This document shows, in pieces, positions 51,694 to 64,000 of a DNA stretch of 64,000 bases. The DNA lies in contig OZ024743.1 of NCBI GenBank assembly GCA_964016885.1, forward strand, positions 289,912,001-289,976,000. Direction: 5' to 3'. The position numbers and the translations under genes are program-made. Below the pieces are notes generated by a model. The model searched no databases. It was not told where the DNA came from and saw only the letters and a list, made by a program, of their open reading frames with translations. Each line of letters begins with the position of its first letter. The first letter of the stretch is position 1. Origin of the DNA: Eledone cirrhosa. Lineage: Eukaryota.

Positions 51694-54008
51694 TTGTTAA
51701 ATAATAAGGTTATGTTTCCGAGGCAATCCAAATTGAATCGACATGGGAACGGATGAAATGCGTGCTTTGGGGTTTTTCATCCGTTCCCCTGTGAGTACCA
51801 ATTCACCCCCACCGGTCTGCGCAGGCGCATGTTCGAAAGAAGTTGACCATTAGCTACCGCAGATTTCAACGAAATTCGCTTAGTCAGTTCACCCTCTCAG
51901 CCACACAATGGCCCACCTAGGCCTGTACCATAGTTTACTGCTACACATCCCGGCTCTAGCAGTCAGCCGAAAGCCACAGGGGATGGGAGAGTGTTAGTTT
52001 TTACTGGTCATAATACTACCTCTCACCTAGCGTGGACAGTACGACTGACCATCAACTCATAAGGGAAAATATACTTAATTCTAGGTATCATGGTTTTACA
52101 TTGGAAGTTAAGAGTGAGAGTTGGAAATAAAAATTAAAATCCTAAATCAAATATCAGAAATTATAAATTAAACAATTAAAAAATTAACAATTAGAAATTA
52201 AAAGTTAAAAAAGTTTTCAAGTGAGAATTCGGATTGAGGTGAGTAAAAAAATATAGATTGAAGTGAGTAAATAATATGGAGAGAGATGTTTAAGTAAGAA
52301 GTTCCGAGAGGGGTTCTAGTATCACAGTTACTCTATCCACATATTGAACGACAGTGCCGTATAGTAGAACGGAGGGTAAACTACCGTATTAAAGGCAGTA
52401 GTCAATCTGATACATAGTCATAATTTCCATCACATGGAACAAAACCAAAGAAAAACAGACATAAAGTACACAAAAGAAAAGAACCAATAATGAATAAATG
52501 CAAAAACGCAGAGTACATATATGCAAAATAATCCATATGATTTTCAATCTGTCAATTTATAGATTGAATTGAGGGGGCTTCTGTTCAAATGCAATTTGGT
52601 GCAGGAAAATAGGGATTTATCTTATTTTTTGTTTCCGCGTATTTATCCAGCCGAAAGTTACTATTATGTCCGTCCAGTGTCAGGGGTTTCCATCCCCATG
52701 GTAGAGGGAATTCCAGGCGTAGCTCGTGGTTGGTTCCTCTCTTCTCCACCATATCGGTTACATCATAGAGCGCTCAACTAATTGGAGCTATATTATTAGA
52801 GTAAACATTGATGCAATTCAATTCAAGCACTCAACGTACTTTTTCCACATAGGAGTGACGGAGTAAATATCGAATAAGGAAAACGAAGTAGTTTCAGATG
52901 TTCAAATAATTTAGCTCCAATTAGTTGAGCGCTCTATGATGTAACCGATATGGTGGAGAAGAGAGGAACCAACCATGAGCTGCCCCGGAAATTCCCTCTA
53001 CCATGGGGATGGAAACGCCTGACACTGGACGGACATAATAGTAACTTTCGGCTGGATAAATACGCGGAAACAAAAAATAAGATAAACCCCTATTTTCCTG
53101 CACCAAATTGCATTTGAACAGAAGCCCCCACAATTCAATCTATACATTGACAGATTGACAATCATATGGATCATTTTGAATATATGTACTCTGTGTTTTT
53201 GCATTTATTCATTATTGGTTCTTTTCTTTTGTGTACTTTATGTCTGTTTTTCTTTGGTTTTATTCCATGTGATGGAAATTATGACTATGTATCAGATTGA
53301 CTACTGCCTTTAATACGGTAGTTTACCCTCCGTTCTTCTATACGGCACTGTCGTTCAATATGTGGATAGAGTAACTGTGACACTAGAACCCCTCTCAGAA
53401 CTTCTTACTTAAACATCTCTCTCCATATTATTTACTCACTTCAATCTATATATTTTTACTCACCTCAATCCTAATTCTCACTTGAAACATGTTTTAACTT
53501 TTAATTTCTAATTGTTAATATTTTAATTGTTTAATTTATAATTTCTGATATTTGATTTAGGATTTTAATTTTTATTTCCAACTCTCACTCTTAACTTCCA
53601 ATGTAAAACCATGATACCTAGAATTAAGTATATTTTCCCTTATGAGTTGATGGTCAGTCGTACTGTCCACGCTAGGTGAGTGGTAGTATTATGACCTGTA
53701 AAACCTAATACTCTCCCATCCCCACTGGCTTTCGGCTGACTGCCACAGTCGGGATGGGTAGCAGTAAACTATGGTAGAGGCCTAGGTGGGCCATTGTGTG
53801 GCTGAGAGGGTGAACTGACTATGCGAATTTCGTTGAAATCTGCGGTAGCTAATGGTCAACTTCTTTCGAACATGCGCCTGCGCAGACCGGTGGGGGTGAA
53901 TTGGTACTCACAGGAGGACGGATGAAAAACCCAAAAGCATGTATTTCATCCGTTCCCATGTCGATTCAATTTGGATTGCCTCGGAAACATAACCTTATTA
54001 TGTAACAA

Positions 54009-54082
54009 GCTGTCGGATGATGTCACGACACTCGCACACAGAACAGTGTGGCCAGTGTCGTCATTGAAATATATATCAGAGC
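54009..54082 (+). ncRNA. Hammerhead motif (CGGA core), inverted copy
   Basis: GCTGT-CGGATGA-...-GAAA-TATATA-TC-AGAGC. Confidence 0.65.
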
Positions 54083-54128
54083 ATTATTATTAAAGGACTT
54101 GAACATCTGAAAATACTTCGCTTTTCCT

Positions 54129-54249
<121 letters not shown>

Positions 54250-54358
54250 AATATGTATATACGCCGATTCTGCATGAGTTGCATAATAAATGCAGACAGT
54301 AGATGCTGTATGCTCCCTTGCTGCATCAAATGTTGCCGAAGCTCGAGTAGCGGTATGG

Positions 54359-54770
54359 ATTTATGGTACCCATTTAACTTCGTGTCTATTATGGGATATT
54401 AAAATAATATTACCCATTGAGTACGTTGTGATGCAACCAGTACTAGGAGGGAGGGCACTAGCATGAGTTTCCTTGCTACTACTGGTTGCATCTCAGCGTA
54501 CTCAATAGGTAATATTGTGGATTGGCAGTATCGGTAAAGGGTCGGAAGCCATGCTTTCCAGCATAGTTACGTCCCTTTACGATCTGAGTTCAAATCCCGC
54601 CGAGGTTGACTTTGCCTTTCATCCTTACGGGGTCGATAAAATAAAGTACCAGTAATGCACTGGATAATTGCTGGCCTTGTGCCTAAAGTAGAAACAATTA
54701 TTTAAATATCCCAGAATATACACCAAGTCAATTGCCTCAATACTATACATGTAAATGGGTACCATATATA
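54359..54770. repeat. Foldback element interrupted by a SINE
   Basis: 54408-54445 pairs with 54478-54516; outer arms (ATGGTACCCATTTA, GGGATATT) resume after the SINE. Confidence 0.7.
54517..54702 (+). mobile_element. SINE family A, near full length
   Basis: tRNA-like head, core and GCTGGCCTTGTGCCTAAAGTAGAAAC tail. Confidence 0.8.
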
Positions 54771-55138
54771 TTTATATATATATATATATATATACACGTA
54801 TCTTCCTATCTATTTGTCTATATTTACGAACGTATGTATATTCGGACCAGAGATGATATAATCACACCAGAGCAACACAAATCACAATGTGGCTTCAAAG
54901 ATAGATAAATACATAAGTCAAACAGACCCATCATAATATATATGATAGTGAGTAGAGAAAATATAAAGTTTATTGTAACCAGTGTAAATAGATGCACTGT
55001 GCAATACGGCACTGGCTACAATCACGAGAGAAATTCAAGGATTCAAATAAGTTTATATAGAATGCTGTACGCAGGGAATTGATAAATTGACATTTTCTTT
55101 ATTATCGTCCCTCTCTTTTAACAGGTGTTATGTCACTA

Positions 55139-55169
<31 letters not shown>

Positions 55170-55344
55170 GTGTATATATATATGTATACATATATATATA
55201 TATATACATATATACATGTGTATATATATATGTATACATATATATATATATAAAAAGGAACGATCGACTTTCGTCAAATCGGACCGAGGGAACAATGTTT
55301 CCGTTGGTCTTTCCAATTGCTAATACTATCTATCGGTCGCAACT

Positions 55345-55451
55345 CCAGGTAGAAGGAACAACGTGAAATAAAGTGTCTTGCTCAAGGACATAACGCATCG
55401 CCTGGTCCAGGAATCGAACTTACAACCTTACGATTGCGAATCCAATTCTCT
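55345..55451 (-). mobile_element. tRNA-type SINE, family B
   Basis: A box TGGCTGAGTGG, B box GTTCGATTCC, then TGTCCTTGAGCAAGACACTT (CORE/V-like). Confidence 0.7.
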
Positions 55452-55978
55452 AACCACTCAGCCACACGCCTTATATATATATATATATATAATGTGTGCT
55501 GTTTGTATGTGCGCGCGCATGCGTATTTAAACATATATATTATATACATATTTTTTTCAATGTATTCAGCTTCTTCATCGTCATCATCGTCATTTTAAAT
55601 TATACATCAATTTAGTTTCGTTTATCTTATATCTACAGCCCAATATTAATGACGTTTCGTTTTCTTCTTATGACATTTGCGCTGTATACGAAAGATGCAC
55701 CTTTGCCCTTTGCTGTCATATATGAATTTTGATTCCTTGCCAAGCTTTACTGGTCGTACGAAAGTGACATAGATGCTTTGGCTTTAGATTACAATAACTT
55801 AATCGTTAACTTATTTCTATGAAATATTTTAGAAACAATTCCCTTGATATCACTTAGTCGTTTTGTGTATTACGTATATCACGAATGTGTTCCAGACATT
55901 CTACATTCTTGCATGTGAACGTCTGTACATACACACAGAATCACGCAAACAAATAAGGAACTAACATTCAGACAGACA

Positions 55979-56078
<100 letters not shown>

Positions 56079-56544
56079 TATATATGTCTGCGTGAGTGTG
56101 TACACATATATGATTTATCCAGATAACTATATAATGCCTAGTTGATGTTTTCCTATGGACACAAGAGGATATGTTATGATGTCCCGTTTCAATGAACTAA
56201 GAATTATTCTTAATCGTTACAAACTTATGACATCCGGGATAGGCTAAATTGCATTTAACATTCAATGGACTATAGATTTTCGCTGACCGTTTAGCCCCAA
56301 TACAAATAAACCATCTAATAAATGTAGTTTAACAATAGCCGCTACTCGGTTCGGGTAACACTGTGTAGCAATATTGGAAATACTCATATTATAAATTTAG
56401 TATATTGTTCAAATGTATAATTACTATTTGAAAATGCGTGAGCTATTACACATTTTCTCTCTCTACTAAGCATTAACGCATATATCTTTGGCAATACAAA
56501 GACTCACATATCCCCCCACACATATAAATACACTCACACACACG

Positions 56545-56730
56545 TAATTGTTTCTAGTTTTGGCACAAGGCCAGTAATTACTTCAGTGGATTACTGGTAC
56601 TTTATTTTATCGACGTCATAAGGATGAAATGCGAAGCTAACCTCGGTGGGATTTGAACTCAGAACGTAAAGGGCTATAACTCTCTGCTGCAAAGCATGGT
56701 GTCTGTCTCTCTACCGATACTGCCAATCCA
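56545..56730 (-). mobile_element. SINE family A
   Basis: Matches the other family A copies over full length. Confidence 0.75.
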
Positions 56731-57482
56731 ATATATATTCGTGTGTATATCTATCTATGTATATATATGTGTATGTGTATGTATATGTGTGTGTGAGTGA
56801 GTGTGTGACTGTGTGTTTATGTGGAAGTGTATATTTCATGTATGATGCCAGGAAAATGTAAACTGTTTTAATTATGTAGTGATAAATAAAGTAGCTGTTG
56901 CACTAATTACAAATATATTAATATTCTTGAAAACATTAGTATATAAGGAAAATGAATTAAAATGAATATTTCATAAAGTACTAATAAACAGAAACTAATT
57001 AAATTAAATATGTTATCGATCATACATAGAAGAGGACCATTTTGAGGAACTAAATATTTTTAACAGCAACGATCGTAGCGTGCTGATATGATACGTTCGT
57101 GCTACTCAGGTAATGCCATAGAAGTAATGTAGATCTTGTTTGTTTGTTTTATTGCAGAACTGGAGGTGGTGGTTCTGATGAAAGGATGGAATAATATTCT
57201 TCTTTCAGATCATAAGAGACACGATTGTGTTTTTAATAGCATTATAAAATATTGTCTGGCTTCAAAACATTTTGATAAACGTTACCAAAGTCTTCTTCTT
57301 CTTCTTGGACTGTCCCGACCGTCCTTCCGTTCATATGCGGGTATGTTTTAACTCGACCCCTTGCTATTCTTAATAGCATCTGGGTGTTTTAAAGCTATTT
57401 CTGTGTTTCAGAATCCTACAATCTTATGAAAATATATATGTATATATACATATATGAATGATGAATGTATATAGATATGAAG

Positions 57483-57563
<81 letters not shown>

Positions 57564-57567
<4 letters not shown>

Positions 57568-57700
57568 AACAAGTAAGACCCCGACGGCTGAGCTCAAGCC
57601 GTCGGGGTCTTACTTGTTCCTATTACCCACTCTACTACCCTAAGTATTGAGTACTTTGGTGCGTTATGGTCCACCTGCTTCCTTACCACATTTCCTTCGT

Positions 57701-57701
<1 letters not shown>
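57564..57701 (+). mobile_element. Short (TA)n-inserted repeat (22920 family) with a palindromic 5' end
   Basis: ATAGGAACAAGTAAGACCCCGACGGCT-GAGCTCA-AGCCGTCGGGGTCTTACTTGTTCCTAT. Confidence 0.75.
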
Positions 57702-57722
<21 letters not shown>

Positions 57723-57731
<9 letters not shown>

Positions 57732-57963
57732 CTTGCATGACGTGGAGTTGGATGTCTTCAAGAAACATCTCGACACCTTGTTATCCAGGATCCCGGATGA
57801 GCCCACAGCAAGACACGAGGGAAACCTAAGGGCAGCAGCAACAAACTCCCTCTTACACCAGTGGCCAACCTATACAAGCTGGAGATAAAATGTGTAGCAA
57901 CAAGGGCGGTGCCCCAGCATGGCCTTAGCCGGATGGCTGAAACAGGTAAAAGAGTAAAAGAGT
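57723..57963 (+). mobile_element. CR1/L2-group LINE 3' end
   Basis: RDLHDVELDVFKKHLDTLLSRIPDEP...RAAATNSLLHQ, followed by a small hairpin and a (GTAAAAGA)n tail. Confidence 0.7.
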
Positions 57964-59047
57964 ATATATATATATATACACATATGGATATCTACAGTTA
58001 TATTGGTTCATACATAAAGCGAGATATATATAGGTTTATGCATCTATATCAACAACTTTTATTACTTATGAACACGAGCTGCTTGACCACTTAATAAATT
58101 GGCTGTTGTGTGCACCACTGACTATTTCTGACCAAGTGGAGAGGGAGTTGTAGATGAAACCACAATCAAAAGTAATTTAAACTTCGATAGGCAACGAATT
58201 CAATTAGTATTAAATTAATCCCCTACATTATATCATCTGACAAGTATCAAATTATCTAGTTCTGATGAGGAATTAGAGAAAAAAAAATTGAGTTTGAGAT
58301 AACGTTCTAATTAGGTTAAGAGTAAATCTAGAATTATCTTTATCAGCCTCTTGGCTATATGAATGTTAATTCCCTGATCCTAGGAAAGCAATAATTTGTA
58401 TGATAGGTATATTCTAGTGGGTTCGGGGATCGTAACATTGAGGATATAGCAACTTCACGGTCAATAGTGAAGATTAATAATTTCGTAACTACTCTTTAAA
58501 TTCTAACTCACACTTTTATAATTTGTATAATGAACACACAACTAAGATTCACATTTTATCGATTAACGTTTACCATAGACATATATATATATAACTTTCA
58601 CCGGCCTTTTTACATTTTACTGCCTCGAGACTTTCCTAAAATTGAGGTAGAGATGGGGGAAATGTCGCTACCAGTTTCAATTTCTTTGAAGCAGTAAATC
58701 TTCTATTGGTAAATAGATTTTGACTACAGTTAAACCATAATAAAGCAATCACGGGATTGGGAGTGCACTGAGGTTTCGATCCTAAGCTGAAACATTTAAT
58801 TCAGTGTAATTTGCTAACGACTTGATATCTAGATTCACATGAACCCAATTTCTTTTCCCAATAACACGATGTTTCTAGCTATGTGGCAAAGTGACCGAGT
58901 CGTTATCGCATCAGATTATAAGCTTCGGCATTTCTCTGGGCTCTTTGATTTCACATCCCGCTGAAGTAATTTTTACCTTTCATGCTCTTCTAGTTAGTAA
59001 ATAATCTAACCATTCCGAAACGCTGGTTCGTTTATTTACTGAGGGAA

Positions 59048-59497
59048 ATATTTAAAGCAGTTAATTTATTTAGCAACCCAACTATTTAAAGCAGTGGTTA
59101 ATTCATTTAGCAACCCAACTATTTAAAGAGGTAGTTAGTTTATTTAGCGACCCAACTATTTAAAGAGGTATTTGGTGTATTTAGCGACCCAACTATTTAA
59201 AAGGGGTGGTTAGTTTATTTTGCGACCCAACTATTTAAAGAGGTAGTCAGTTAATTTAGCGATCCAACTATTTAAATAGGTAGTTAGTTTATTTAGCGAC
59301 CCAACTATTTAAAGAGGTATTTGGTGTATTTAGCGACCCAGCTATTTAAAGAGGTAGTCAGTTAATTTAGCGACCCAACTATTTAAATAGGTAGTTAGTT
59401 TATTTAGCGACCCAACTATTTAAAGAGGTATTTGGTGTATTTAGTAACCCAACTATTTAAAGCATTAGTTAGTTTATTTACCGACCAAAATTATTAA
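59048..59497. repeat. Minisatellite, about 35-37 bp unit, about 12 copies
   Basis: Recurrent ATTTAGCGACCCAACTATTTAAA with related 12-14 bp variable parts. Confidence 0.9.
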
Positions 59498-60833
59498 AGT
59501 GTTGAACGGAATCGTCTTCGGTATCTGTTCAAGATCGTGTCTCCTGTCAATAGAAAAGCGGAGACTTATTTTCCATTAGCTGTCACTGGCAGGCAGCATG
59601 GCCAAAGCATTAGAAACATAATGATCATTTTCTGATCTCATAACCGATTTCTTCCCATATAGTTAGCGCAAACAAAACCAATCATTTTGAAAATCAGTTC
59701 GATTTCATAGTAGGGTTTTAGTAAAATGTAACATCAGTAAACAAAGTACAGACCGTGACAAATCATTAGAGATACACAAAATCTTCTTTCAAACCTTTTT
59801 CATCTCATTTTAACTTTCCTTCGAATATAAGGGCGTATGAAATAGATTAGATGTTTAATATTCTACTTGTATCTATAGTATTAGTTCTAATATTCCAGTA
59901 TAAATGAACATATTTGGCTGAAATAAGCCGTAATAAAGGAAATGCCTCTTCAGTTTTGTATCATGCAATAGTTATCAATTTTCGCTGGAGTACCTGTCTG
60001 ACTCGCTAGCATAGATTTAGTTTTGTCTGTCCTGTCTTAGACTAATTTCACTCGAGCATTTCCTTTACATTAACGTCTTTGACATTCACGAAATACACAT
60101 TAATTTCTTTTAACATATATTCCAATGCAATATAACTCAAGATAGTTTCAAAATGTAAGTTAGAAAATACTTCAATTTTATAGGGATTATTATTGGCTTC
60201 TGTAAACCAATGTCAAATTTATAAAGATGAAGACAGGGGTGTGATACTAACGTTCTAAACATTAAGTACTTAAAATGTTTCCACATATTTCTTTTCACTT
60301 AGGTATAATATATAAGCCGTATGCCATGTGCAACACTTTCACCGATGTAACAGAAATGTTTCAAGTGGAAGCGAACATAGGTTAATATCTCTGTTATTAC
60401 AATATTTCCCGTTTCAAAATTTACCCATAATATGAAAGAGAATTAAGTTAGAAATTAAACCCTTTTGTAGAAAAAAAGTGCTGAAACATTCGAACATAAT
60501 GAAAAGAAAGGAAAGGATGTAATAAAGAATATTTTTAAAAATCATAGAAACGAGACAATCGAAAATCGCATTTCATAGCAATAATATTATCATGTGAAAT
60601 ATGAGATAATTACTTATTTTGATTATATAAAAATCTAAATGCCTGTAATGAGAGAAACCAGTTATAATCTATTGGATTAGAATCAACAATATTATATCTC
60701 ATCTCATCCCTCTATCCCTGTATATATATATCATACATATATGTGTATATTTATATACATATGAACACACACACACACGCACACACACGCATATATATAT
60801 ATATCATACATATTTTCCTTTATATATGAAACA

Positions 60834-60903
<70 letters not shown>

Positions 60904-62017
60904 CATACACATATATATATACAGAGAGAGAGAGAAAGATAGAGAGGGGGCGGGAGTTTGTGATGTTAGAAAATGCATGAAATTCAGAATAGTTCTGCTT
61001 TAGAACTCAATACAAATTTAGACAATAATAATATTTATTATAAATGATTAATTTGAAATCCTTTTACTATACCCATTTTACAAATAATTACTTGAAACAG
61101 AGCGAAGCATTTCTAGTTTGTGCCAATACATATATATTTTTTTCAATAAAAGTGGTCGCTTTCATGTAGGTAAAGAGTACCATTAATGCATATTTATATT
61201 TATGAATGTGTAACATATGAAGACGTAAATATAATGTAAACATTGAACATGTTTTCAGCTTCATATGAGTTCTCTTGTGTTTGTATGTAATTGCAACTGT
61301 GTGAAATGAAATATAAATAATTTATATTTTCTTGGATTTTTGCCACATATTTCCTATTTTGTAATATTAAGAAATTTTGTGAAAGATGTGGAGTTTTAGC
61401 AACTGTTATGCCGACCAGATTCTCGTTTATTGGGTAAATCTCTTTTATGGTCTGAGTTCAAAATCCTATAAAGTATAAGTTTATTTTTGATTTGATTTCA
61501 ATCAATAATAATAAGAATTAGCAGAGGGATTTTGCAATTCTGTCTTCCTGGGTTCTCGACCCAAACCCCATACTATGGGTTTACTTTGCTATTTCGAGAC
61601 GAGAGCATCGCGCATAAGGAAATAACATTTTGTGGTAGATTATATGGCTGTTTGATTTTGGCAGCGAAGCTTTCACCTTCTAAAAGGTGGTGTGCTTTGG
61701 AGATTTCCAGACGCAGTAGGAACCTCCTCTCTTGTTGTCATTTTAATTTATCATATTTTCAATTTACGAATTTCTTTTGTGAATTTCAAATAAGACATGT
61801 CTAGTCTATCAATCATAACTCGAAAATTATTTTCTATAGACAAAATCATGTTAACCAAAAGAAAGAATTAAGGGCAATGATTTCTTAAACATATAAACAA
61901 ACATACACACACACGCACACACATGCACGCACACACACACATACACACACACGCGCGCACACACACACACATACACACACACACACTCACATATATATAT
62001 ATATATTTATTTATTTA

Positions 62018-62340
62018 GGTTAGTTGGTTCACCACTGGATAGAACTGGTCATTCTGTATAGTCAACCTCGATGTATTATTAGGGAGAGCACTCGACGTAA
62101 TGCAACTCACCCGACTTCTTTTGTGTTGTAGGTGGTGCGAGTACGGAGTTAATTATTATAAAACGACAGGAGGCTGGACTGGTGTAATTCCTTAAAAGGC
62201 TTATTATACTATGATCATTTCAGTGACCGAGTTCAGTATGAATCCTGTGACATCATGTATTCGAAATTTAACAAAGGAATATAATAGACAAAATCTTTGG
62301 GGCTGAAAAAGACAGGAGGGCGGCCGAACATTTAGCAGCT
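62018..62340 (-). mobile_element. Second copy of the 20728-21100 PLE-end family, with decayed HHR
   Basis: 62018-62160 matches the reverse complement of 20960-21100; 62160-62280 matches 20730-20855. Confidence 0.75.
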
Positions 62341-62398
62341 ACTAGCTGGCCAGCCGCCCTCAAGATATATTTTATAATATATATATATATATATATAT

Positions 62399-62569
62399 AT
62401 AAGGAAAAGAGATGAAATCGAAAATGCAACTGGAGTCATTTTTTAAAAATATATATTTATTTGGTTCCTTTACCGCTTTCGCAGTTCTGCTTTTCAAAAG
62501 TAGAATTGAGATAGAGGGTTTGTAGTTTTTCTCACAGTTGCATTTTCGATTTCATCTTTTTTCCTTATA
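62399..62569. repeat. Foldback element with decayed HHR-like interior
   Basis: ATAAGGAAAA.AGATGAAATCGAAAATGCAACTG inverted arms; minus strand has TTGAAAA-GCAG aa CTGC-GAAA-GCGG-TA. Confidence 0.65.
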
Positions 62570-62656
62570 CTTTCACTCGTGCAAGACACCTCGGTTATTT
62601 TTCATTTTGTAAAAAAAAACTCACTTACTAATATATATATATATATATATATTTAA

Positions 62657-62723
<67 letters not shown>

Positions 62724-62729
62724 GATAAA

Positions 62730-63420
62730 TCTACCAACCTAATTAATATACAATTTATAAATTAATTTATGAATTAATTTTAATTTAGTTAACCTATAAT
62801 TTTAATTTAGTTAGCTTATAATTAAAATTCTAATACAGATGGATTGCAGAATATCGTGTAATCATAAACTGAGAAAAACTTTTAAATATATACCTAATTA
62901 ATATACTCTTTACAAATAAATATATAGATTAATTTTAATTTAGTTAACCTATAATTATATTCTACTATAGATAAAATACAAAATTTTGCTTTAATTATTA
63001 TAAACCTAATTAACATATACTATAGAAATTAATATATAATTTTTAATTTAGTTAACCTATAATTAATATTCTACTACCGATGAAATACTTAATTTGGCTT
63101 TCCCTATTACAAAATTCATTTCCTAAAATTGATACCATCATGTTAATATATGTAATTATTTTTAATTTAGTTATGCTATAATTAATACTCTACTACTATT
63201 TAACTTCAAAATTCCGCTTTAAATATTATAAACCTAAGTAGTATACACCTTAGAAATTAATATATTAACTATTTTTACTTTAATTAACCTATAATTAATA
63301 GTCTACTTATATTAAAATACATAATTTAGCCTTCTTTCTTACAAATACCATTTCCTAATACTGACACAACTATGTAAACACATGATTTAACTGCAGATTA
63401 ATATTCTATGTTCCTTGAAA
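62730..63420. repeat. Degenerate AT-rich tandem repeat
   Basis: AATTTAGTTAACCTATAATT recurs at roughly 110-130 bp spacing. Confidence 0.65.
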
Positions 63421-63587
63421 CCCTATATTTACTATTTCCCACTAATAATTTTAATCCCCCCCCCCCAATAATTATTCATATTTGTAAGCGTGGATGTATG
63501 TATGTGTATGTAAGTGTGTATGTATGTTTGTGTGTTTGTACGTGAGTATAAAAATACATATGTGCGCATGTAAATATGTGTGTATGA

Positions 63588-63671
<84 letters not shown>

Positions 63672-63756
63672 ATGTATGTATGTATGTGTATGTATATGTA
63701 TTTGTAGAGATGTGTGTATGTATGTGTATATATGTGCATAAGTGTCTGAATGTGTA

Positions 63757-63799
<43 letters not shown>

Positions 63800-63930
63800 A
63801 TGTATGTCTCTATATATATGTATGTCTGAGTGTGTGTGTGTGTGTGGTTGTGTATATATACATGGGTATGTGTGTGTGTATGTATATATAAATATATATA
63901 TATATATATGTATGTGTGTATATATATGTG

Positions 63931-63961
<31 letters not shown>

Positions 63962-64000
63962 ATGTATATATATATATATATGTGTGTGCACATATATGTA

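Noticed and set aside
55395-55451. tRNA gene
   Set aside because: A and B boxes continue into a SINE body with a homolog at 11.3 kb; no clean acceptor stem or terminator.
59048-59497. CRISPR-like array
   Set aside because: Variable parts are only 12-14 bp, related and recurrent; there are no cas genes and the context is eukaryotic.

Overview
AT-rich, microsatellite-dense eukaryotic DNA; the repeat content suggests an invertebrate such as a cephalopod, which is an inference. I cannot support any host protein-coding gene, and most listed ORFs are translations of (TA)n, (CA)n or (TTTTTA)n. The window is dominated by decayed transposons. Penelope-like elements (PLEs) are the main component: a near full-length RT + GIY-YIG copy with a pseudo-LTR and a 2.7-kb inverted duplicate (37.3-45.9 kb), a 1.2-kb-arm palindromic PLE end (51.5-54.1 kb), and many short foldback ends, mostly in (TA)n. 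About 20 intact or decayed type I hammerhead ribozyme (HHR) motifs accompany them. Also present are R4-like, CRE-like, Tx1, RTE and CR1/L2-like LINE remnants, a hAT transposon, two Helitron derivatives, two tRNA-type SINE families and several tandem arrays. The most notable signals are: (1) HHR cores with all four bases at the normally conserved U4 position; (2) structured RNA modules in long PLE 3' UTRs; (3) a 606-bp near-perfect tandem multimer in (TA)n. All folds and alignments were done by eye.
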